Positions 60,661-64,000 of a stretch of DNA of 64,000 bases are shown piece after piece. Source of the stretch: Pseudomonadota bacterium (GTDB lineage Bacteria > Pseudomonadota > Gammaproteobacteria > Burkholderiales > JABEVD01); assembly GCA_021835845.1 (NCBI GenBank), contig JAKBJU010000007.1:9559-73558 (forward strand), given 5' to 3'. The notes below the pieces were generated by a model. The model ran no database searches, was not told the origin of the DNA, and saw nothing but the letters and a program-made list of their open reading frames with translations. The position numbers were made by a program, and so were the translations under genes. The first letter of the stretch is position 1. Every line of letters begins with the position of its first letter.

Positions 60661-63600
60661 TTAAATTTTATCAATTTTCCTGTAGGACAGGGCGTAATAC
60701 AGCACCGGGATCACGACCAGGGTGAGAATGGTCGAAACCAGTATGCCGAAAATCAGGGAGATGGCGAGTCCGTTGAAGATGGGATCATCCAGGATGAAGA
60801 ACGCCCCTATCATGGCGGCAAGCCCGGTCAGCAATATGGGTTTGGCGCGCGTCGCGGCTGCCGAGATCACCGCCTCCTGGAAATCCACTTCCTCGGCGAC
60901 CTGCAGGTTGACGAAATCGACCAGCAGAATCGAATTCCTGACGATGATGCCGGCGAGCGCGATCATGCCTATCATCGAGGTCGCGGTAAACTGAGCGCCC
61001 AGAAGGGCGTGCCCCGGCATCACGCCGATGATGGTGAGCGGAATCGGCGCCATGATCACGAGCGGAACGAGATAGGACCTGAACTGCGCCACGACCAGAA
61101 GATAGATGAGCACGAGTCCGACGCCATAGGCAATGCCCATGTCCCTGAATGTCTCATAGGTGACCTGCCATTCACCATCCCATTTCAGGGCATAGCCGGC
61201 ATAGGGGTCCCCGGGCTGGTGGATGAAATATTCCTTCAGAATGCCGCCCTGCGGGAGCTTCATGCCGAGAATCTTCGAGCGGATATCGAACATCCCGTAG
61301 AGCGGACTGTCGATCTTGCCGGCCATGTCCCCGACCACATAGACCACGGGAAGCAGATCCTTGTGGTAAATCGTCTTCTCGCGCGGCACATGCACCACTG
61401 CGACAAGGTCGGACAAGGGAATCATCTCGCCGCTTCTCGACCGCACTTCCAGCTTGAGCAGATCGTCGAGATTGCCTTTTCTGTCCGAGGGCAGCGCCAC
61501 CCTGACGGGAATCTCGTACTTCGCATTCAGGCTGTGCACGGGCGTCACGTTCTCGCCGGAGAGCCCCATCTTCATCACCTCGACGATATCCTTCTGCGCA
61601 ACGCCTCGCAAGGCCGCCTTGTTCTGCAGCACTTTCAGGGTGATTTTCCCGGCGTCGGCATCGACGCTGTCGTCTATCCCGACGATGCCGGGAGTTTGCG
61701 CGAATGCAGCCTTGATCTTTTCGGCCACCGCGATCTGCCCGGCATAATCCGGGCCGTAAACTTCGGCAACCAGCGGGGACATGACCGGAGGCCCCGGCGG
61801 CACTTCGACGATCTTGGTCTTTGCGCCGTATTTCCTGGCGATTTGCGCAATCGGAGCGATCACGGAGGATGCGATCTCGTGGCTCTGCCTGCTCCGTTTG
61901 TGCTTGTCCAGGAGATTGACCTGGAGATCGCCATATTCCGGGCCGTCCCGGAGATAATACTGGCGCACCAGTCCGTTGAAATTGATCGGCGCGGCAGTGC
62001 CCGCATAGGCTTCGTAATCGGTGACTTCGGGAACCTTTGCGATATAGTCGCCTATCTCGTGCAGCACTTTGGCTGTATCCTCGAGGGGAGTTCCGACGGG
62101 CATGTCGACCACGACCTGGAACTCCGACTTGTTGTCGAAAGGCAGCATCTTGAGCACGACGAGCTTCACCGCGGCAAGCGACACCGCGAGCAGAATCAGG
62201 ACCACGATCCCGATCAGGAGAAGCTTCCTGTTCCTGCTCCCCTCCTCCTTCCTCAAAAACGGAGTGAGCTTCGAGGAAAAGAAGGCGCCGATCCTGTCGG
62301 ATCCCGATTCATGATGGACATGCTTGCCCGCGAGCCTGAAGGCGAGCCAGGGCGTCACGATAAAGGCGATGGCGAGCGAAATCAGCATGCCGATACTCGC
62401 ATTGATCGGTATCGGACTCATGTAAGGCCCCATCAGCCCGGTCACGAAAGCCATCGGCAGGAGCGCCGCGATAACGGTCAGGGTGGCGAGGATGGTGGGG
62501 CCGCCCACCTCGTCCACCGCCTCAGGTATGATCTCGGACAAGGGAGCTTCCGAGAGCAGCCGCCTTCTGTGGATGTTCTCCACCACCACGATCGCATCGT
62601 CGACCAGGATGCCTATCGAAAAAATCAGCGCGAACAGGGAAACCCGGTTCAGGGTGAACCCCCAGGCCCAGGATGCGAAAAGCGTGGCAAAAAGGGTGAG
62701 CATCACCGCGACGCCGACGATCACGGCTTCGCGGCGGCCCAGCGCGACCCATACCAGCACCACCACGGACGTGGTGGCGAAGATCAGCTTCTCGATCAGC
62801 TTGATTGCCTTGTCATTGGCCGTCACGCCGTAATCGCGCGTCACCGTGACTTCCACGCTGGAAGGAATCACGCTGCCCTTGAGCTGCCCGATTCTTTCGA
62901 TCAGCTGCTTCGCCACCTTGACCGCGTTTTCGCCGGGCTTTTTCGATATGGCGAGGGTCACCGCGGGATGCTCGCCCGGCTTGCCGCCTATCCACACGTA
63001 ATGCTCGGGCTGGTCCGGACCGTCCACGACCTGCGCCACATCGCCCATGAAAATCGGCCTGCCCCCCTCGACACCGACCACGAGGCGTCTCACGTCGTCG
63101 CTGGACGTGAGGAATGTGCCGGTCTGGACCAGCACTTCGCGATTGTTCCTGATCAGATTTCCGGAGGGCTGGGAGGCATTGGAAAACTGCAGCGCATCCC
63201 TCAGGTCTTCCGCCGAAAGATGGTAGGCATTCATCCTGTCCGCATCCATCAGCACCCTGATCATGTGCCTGGGGCCTCCTACGGTCCTGACCTCCCTGAC
63301 GCCTGCCACGCGCTTCAGTTCGATTTCCGCGGAATGCGCCACCTGCTCGAGCTCGAAGGCACCCTCGTCGGTGTTTCTGGTCCAGAGCGTGAGGGTCAGA
63401 ATGGGAACATCGTCTATCCCTATCGGCTTGATGATCGGCTTGGAGACGCCCAGATAGGGGGAGACCCAGTCTTCATGCGAATTGATCGTGTCGTACAGCT
63501 TGACGAGCGACTGTATCCTGTCCTCGCCGACCTTGAACTGCACGGTGAGAACGGCCATCCCGGGGCGGGACACCGAATAGACATGATCGATTCCGGCGAT

Positions 63601-63828
63601 CTGGGAAAGCACCTGCTCGGCGGGAGTGGCGACGAGATGCTCGACGTCGCGCGTGGAAGCCCCGGGAAAGGGAATGAACACGTTCGCCATGGTGACATTG
63701 ATCTGCGGTTCTTCTTCCCGCGGCGTCACGATCACGGCAAAAAGCCCGAGCAGCACCGCAACCAGCGCGATCAGCGGAGTCAGCTGGGAATGCAGGAAGA
63801 ATTTGCTGATGCGGCCCGATATCCCCAT
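60661..63828 (-). CDS. RND efflux permease subunit
   Basis: PREEEPQI, ILVDDAIVVVEN, RNSILLVDF, RAKPILLT; 1055 aa. Confidence 0.95.
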   Translation of the reverse strand: MGISGRISKFFLHSQLTPLIALVAVLLGLFAVIVTPREEEPQINVTMANVFIPFPGASTRDVEHLVATPAEQVLSQIAGIDHVYSVSRPGMAVLTVQFKVGEDRIQSLVKLYDTINSHEDWVSPYLGVSKPIIKPIGIDDVPILTLTLWTRNTDEGAFELEQVAHSAEIELKRVAGVREVRTVGGPRHMIRVLMDADRMNAYHLSAEDLRDALQFSNASQPSGNLIRNNREVLVQTGTFLTSSDDVRRLVVGVEGGRPIFMGDVAQVVDGPDQPEHYVWIGGKPGEHPAVTLAISKKPGENAVKVAKQLIERIGQLKGSVIPSSVEVTVTRDYGVTANDKAIKLIEKLIFATTSVVVLVWVALGRREAVIVGVAVMLTLFATLFASWAWGFTLNRVSLFALIFSIGILVDDAIVVVENIHRRRLLSEAPLSEIIPEAVDEVGGPTILATLTVIAALLPMAFVTGLMGPYMSPIPINASIGMLISLAIAFIVTPWLAFRLAGKHVHHESGSDRIGAFFSSKLTPFLRKEEGSRNRKLLLIGIVVLILLAVSLAAVKLVVLKMLPFDNKSEFQVVVDMPVGTPLEDTAKVLHEIGDYIAKVPEVTDYEAYAGTAAPINFNGLVRQYYLRDGPEYGDLQVNLLDKHKRSRQSHEIASSVIAPIAQIARKYGAKTKIVEVPPGPPVMSPLVAEVYGPDYAGQIAVAEKIKAAFAQTPGIVGIDDSVDADAGKITLKVLQNKAALRGVAQKDIVEVMKMGLSGENVTPVHSLNAKYEIPVRVALPSDRKGNLDDLLKLEVRSRSGEMIPLSDLVAVVHVPREKTIYHKDLLPVVYVVGDMAGKIDSPLYGMFDIRSKILGMKLPQGGILKEYFIHQPGDPYAGYALKWDGEWQVTYETFRDMGIAYGVGLVLIYLLVVAQFRSYLVPLVIMAPIPLTIIGVMPGHALLGAQFTATSMIGMIALAGIIVRNSILLVDFVNLQVAEEVDFQEAVISAAATRAKPILLTGLAAMIGAFFILDDPIFNGLAISLIFGILVSTILTLVVIPVLYYALSYRKIDKI

Positions 63829-63829
63829 G

Positions 63830-64000
63830 TCATTGCGCGCTTCTGCTTATCCCGGCCCTGACCGGATCGAGCGCAACGGTTTCGCCCTCGACCAGCCCCG
63901 CCAGAATCTCGATCTCGCCCCCAGAAGGCTCGCCGAGCCGCACCTGGCGCAGTTCATACTTGCCGCCCGGCCGGACCACGTAAACCGCCGTGACTTCGCT
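63830..64000 (-). CDS. RND periplasmic adaptor subunit (C-terminal part only)
   Basis: Read manually: VYVV...LRQVRLG...IEILAGLVEGETVALDP...TGA. Confidence 0.85.
   Translation of the reverse strand, partial: SEVTAVYVVRPGGKYELRQVRLGEPSGGEIEILAGLVEGETVALDPVRAGISRSAQ

Noticed and set aside
60358-63861. 1167-aa plus-strand ORF
   Set aside because: It is the antisense shadow of the RND gene in GC-rich DNA and has no recognisable motifs.
1-64000. CRISPR arrays, rRNA genes, riboswitches
   Set aside because: No regularly spaced repeats or recognisable motifs were seen by eye. Intergenic regions are short, and a covariance-model scan would be needed to exclude small RNAs.

Overview
This is a ~60% GC chromosomal window from what appears to be a betaproteobacterium (inferred from gene order and protein sequences). 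It is mostly housekeeping: ATM1-like ABC/clsB/ybhP/nadA/nudB, bepA, ubiD, yqjDEK-like genes, ispH-lspA-ileS-ribF, a sulfate-assimilation operon divergent from cysB, fapA, panCB-folK-pcnB, hda/purMN, queCE-tol-pal-ruvCAB-yebC, pyrC, csp, trmL, gpsA-secB-grxC, a PglL-type O-oligosaccharyltransferase and an RND pump. One accessory block (about 33.9-42.7 kb) sits beside two tRNA-Lys genes. It has a triple Pho-box-like repeat ahead of a TonB-dependent receptor with its own ExbB/ExbD/TonB, a secreted phosphoesterase with purple-acid-phosphatase motifs, and a two-component system. After these come an orphan IS end, a frameshifted IS3 element and a probable attachment-site remnant. This block is the best candidate for an undescribed system, namely TonB-dependent organophosphate scavenging. 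Other oddities are a duplicated ruvC 5' end forming a coupled mini-ORF with a hairpin, a low-GC patch in the IleRS editing domain, and queC apparently starting at CTG. All calls come from reading by eye, with no database searches.
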